DNA of 48,089 bases, taken from a virus (taxonomy: Duplodnaviria > Heunggongvirae > Uroviricota > Caudoviricetes). The first letter of the stretch is position 1. Every line of letters begins with the position of its first letter. The stretch lies in IMG/VR virus record IMGVR_UViG_2648501149_000023; one strand, given 5' to 3'. A program made the position numbers and the translations under genes. This document shows positions 45,951 through 48,089 of this stretch, piece after piece. Under the pieces are notes generated by a model. It searched no databases, was not told the DNA's origin, and saw nothing but the letters and a program-made list of their open reading frames with translations.

Positions 45951-46769
45951 TCAGCGCAGGCTCTCCAGCATCGTTTCTGCCATCACCCACAATGCGCGAT
46001 TGAGCTTAATGTCGGTATCAATGCTGTGAATGGCCCGGGTATGGATACGTTTTCCTTTTGCACTGCGACCGGAAATCCCGCCTTTCAGCATATTCTCCTG
46101 GATGGTCTGATATGCGCTCCACAGGTCCTTACCGTAATCCTCCCGGCGTCGCGGCGTCAGAATGTCGGCGGTGGTGACGGGCTGATGTTCGTCACCATAA
46201 CGGTAAGTCAGTGCCGCCTGTGCCAGCGCCTGGCGTGCCGGTGGCGGCAGGACCAGCGACTGCATGGCATCACGCTTCTCCTCTATCCGGTCAAACACGC
46301 CCACCACCTCGTAAGCCCCTTCGATAACTTTCTCCACTACATTTCCCCGGTGTGGAACACGCACTTCCCCCAGAGACTGGCCACAGACGCCCCCGTTCTG
46401 GCAGACGAACCTGAAGTAACCCGGCAGCATCTGGTAGCTGGAGGTACCGTCATGAGAGTTGAGCAGAATAATTTCAGGGACATGTTCTCCGTTTATCTCT
46501 CCGGCCCGCCGCAGACGCAGCATGTGTTTTGTGTATCCCCGGCGGCCCGGGTCGCGCACACGGGTCTGGCAGGCGAAGAACGGCTGAAAGCCTTCCCGCT
46601 GCAGATTTTCCAGGACGGTAATGGTGGGAATGTACGCATACCGTTCACTGCGGGAGGTATGCCGGTCTTCCCCAAAAATACTGGGTACATAGTGCATCAG
46701 TTCTTCGTGTGTCAGCGGACGGTCACGGCGTATCTGGTTTACATGACCAAAACGACTTGCTAATCGCAT
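45951..46769 (-). CDS. DUF932-family protein (YfjQ/YafZ-like)
   Basis: 272-aa ORF at the usual position upstream of the antirestriction and radC genes in CP4-type elements; family from recall. Confidence 0.65.
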   Translation of the reverse strand: MRLASRFGHVNQIRRDRPLTHEELMHYVPSIFGEDRHTSRSERYAYIPTITVLENLQREGFQPFFACQTRVRDPGRRGYTKHMLRLRRAGEINGEHVPEIILLNSHDGTSSYQMLPGYFRFVCQNGGVCGQSLGEVRVPHRGNVVEKVIEGAYEVVGVFDRIEEKRDAMQSLVLPPPARQALAQAALTYRYGDEHQPVTTADILTPRRREDYGKDLWSAYQTIQENMLKGGISGRSAKGKRIHTRAIHSIDTDIKLNRALWVMAETMLESLR

Positions 46770-46979
46770 GATTTGCTCCTTATGAATGAGTTAGCGGTAT
46801 AAATGAAAAAGCTGCGTCTCCCGGAGAAGACGCGGCCTGACGGGTGAAATGAATAAGGTTTATTGTCTGAGAGGCCTTTCACTGGCGAGCCACGCATTAA
46901 GCGGCTTTCCGGTAACAATGGCTGGGGCTGTATTTACCTTTGATATTAATAATGTGCAGAGAAACGCATGGTTTACTCC

Positions 46980-47390
46980 TTAGATTTTAAGTTTGTCCTG
47001 GGCTACAACGACAGGTTTTCCGGATGTGTCGATGACTCCTACCGTCGGTACGCCATTTTTGATTTCGAAGAACGGTTTGTTGCTACCTGAGCACAGTTGA
47101 TTGTCCCCGTATTCAATCATTTGTGCTTTCCCGGTTTTCAGGTTAACTACCGAGACAGTGTAGTCGTAGCACCAGGCACCACCACGTTCAAGCACGAAAA
47201 CATAGCTGTTATCTTTATAGTTGAACTGATTCTTTGTCTGGCAATTCATACCGTCAATTTCGGTACAGGAAAACGCTTCTGTAGTATTAACGTATTTGAT
47301 GTTATTTGGCAGTTTTACTTGTTTCGCAGTAGCGAAGACAGAGAACAGAATAGTTACAGCAACGAGTAAAGTTTTGATAAAAGTTTTCAT
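46980..47390 (-). CDS. Secreted Cys-containing protein of unknown function (136 aa)
   Basis: N-terminal signal peptide MKTFIKTLLVAVTILFSVFATA; four Cys in the mature part; no recognisable domain. Confidence 0.55.
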   Translation of the reverse strand: MKTFIKTLLVAVTILFSVFATAKQVKLPNNIKYVNTTEAFSCTEIDGMNCQTKNQFNYKDNSYVFVLERGGAWCYDYTVSVVNLKTGKAQMIEYGDNQLCSGSNKPFFEIKNGVPTVGVIDTSGKPVVVAQDKLKI

Positions 47391-47405
47391 GATAGACTCC
47401 TTAAA

Positions 47406-47892
47406 TTAGTTAACCGCAGCTACGTAGTTTTTCACCAGATACGCGAATTCATGCACGCCAATTTCACCGAACCAAACCAGGTAGGCCGGGTCATCTAAAC
47501 CAAAGTAACGGTAGCCAACAACTTCATGGGTTTTTGGGTTATAGAGTGTTACGATAAAGTCCCAGCCGCAGGTATTGGCTTTGCAACCGTCGCCCTGGAA
47601 CCAGACTGTACCGTTAATGTTTACTGGCGTGATACCTCCACCAGGGCCATCCATATAGCCGCCTTTACCGAACATGCCGCTCAGTCCGACCGGTTTTAAT
47701 GCTTTGTCGATAGCGGCTTTGTAGGTAGCGTCACCTTCGTACAACTCGTACGTTGATGGACACGCTCCAGGTTGTTCAGCCCAGGCTTCTGGGTTACAAC
47801 TAAGAGCTTGTTTTACGGTAGCCGCTTCTGCGTTAAAGTTAAAGCCCGTGAACAGAACCGCCAGAAATAACATAAGGGTATGTAAACGTTTC
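47406..47892 (-). CDS. Secreted protein of unknown function (about 162 aa)
   Basis: ATG at 47892 (MKRLHTLMLFLAVLFTGFNFNAEA-AT, signal peptide) preceded by GGAAG; the ORF-track version extends in frame to the window edge (48089), so the true start is uncertain. Confidence 0.45.
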
Positions 47893-48089
47893 ATTGTAAA
47901 TATTCTTCCGTTGTAAATGGCGCTGGAAAATTTCTCATCAGTGAAACCTTCCGGAAGTTTCCCCCCCTTGTATGATGTATATCGCCAGTATTTTATTTCA
48001 TCCCGGCTGTAATTTTTATATTCCCCGGCACGTGCAATAACGCTGACCAGAGATATAAGGCTCATTAATAACTTTACAGGTAATTTCAT

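Noticed and set aside
44910-46763. Long plus-strand ORFs 44910..45833 and 45924..46763
   Set aside because: They are antisense to yeeS, the antirestriction gene and the DUF932 gene; their translations are compositionally atypical.
47893-48089. In-frame N-terminal extension of the last secreted-protein ORF to the window edge
   Set aside because: The internal ATG at 47892 has an RBS and is followed directly by a canonical signal peptide; the extension would put a second signal-like segment in front, which is unlikely, though the window edge prevents certainty.

Overview
The window is about 38.4 kb of a mosaic lambdoid prophage (from an excisionase-like gene at the left edge to the tailspike gene), followed by E. 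coli-type chromosomal genes dacD, sbmC, yeeA and yeeX, and then the toxin/antitoxin end of a CP4-44-like integrative element (yoeF fragment, yeeW, cbtA, cbeA, yeeT, yeeS, antirestriction gene, DUF932 gene, two secreted-protein genes). The prophage has a P22-like leftward early operon on the minus strand (N with a P22-type arginine-rich motif, cIII, kil, erf, ssb, accessory genes), a cI/cro/cII immunity region with P22-type nutL and nutR, an iteron-containing replication initiator plus a primase-helicase, a lambda-type nin/Q/pR'/S-R-Rz-Rz1 late-control and lysis block, and P22-like packaging, head, ejection and tailspike genes. The integrase lies beyond the left edge. All calls rest on reading the ORF translations and sequence motifs; no database search was run, so family names are from recall and coordinates of non-coding sites are approximate. 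The most interesting candidates are (1) a repressor-like HTH-S24 protein whose catalytic serine is replaced by alanine, in an operon with a 4-TM membrane protein divergent from an arc/ant module; (2) an unidentified terminator-bounded gene and a C2H2-like zinc-finger gene between the recombination module and N; (3) a frameshifted cbtA toxin next to an intact cbeA antitoxin; and (4) two unclassified secreted-protein genes in the CP4-44-like element.
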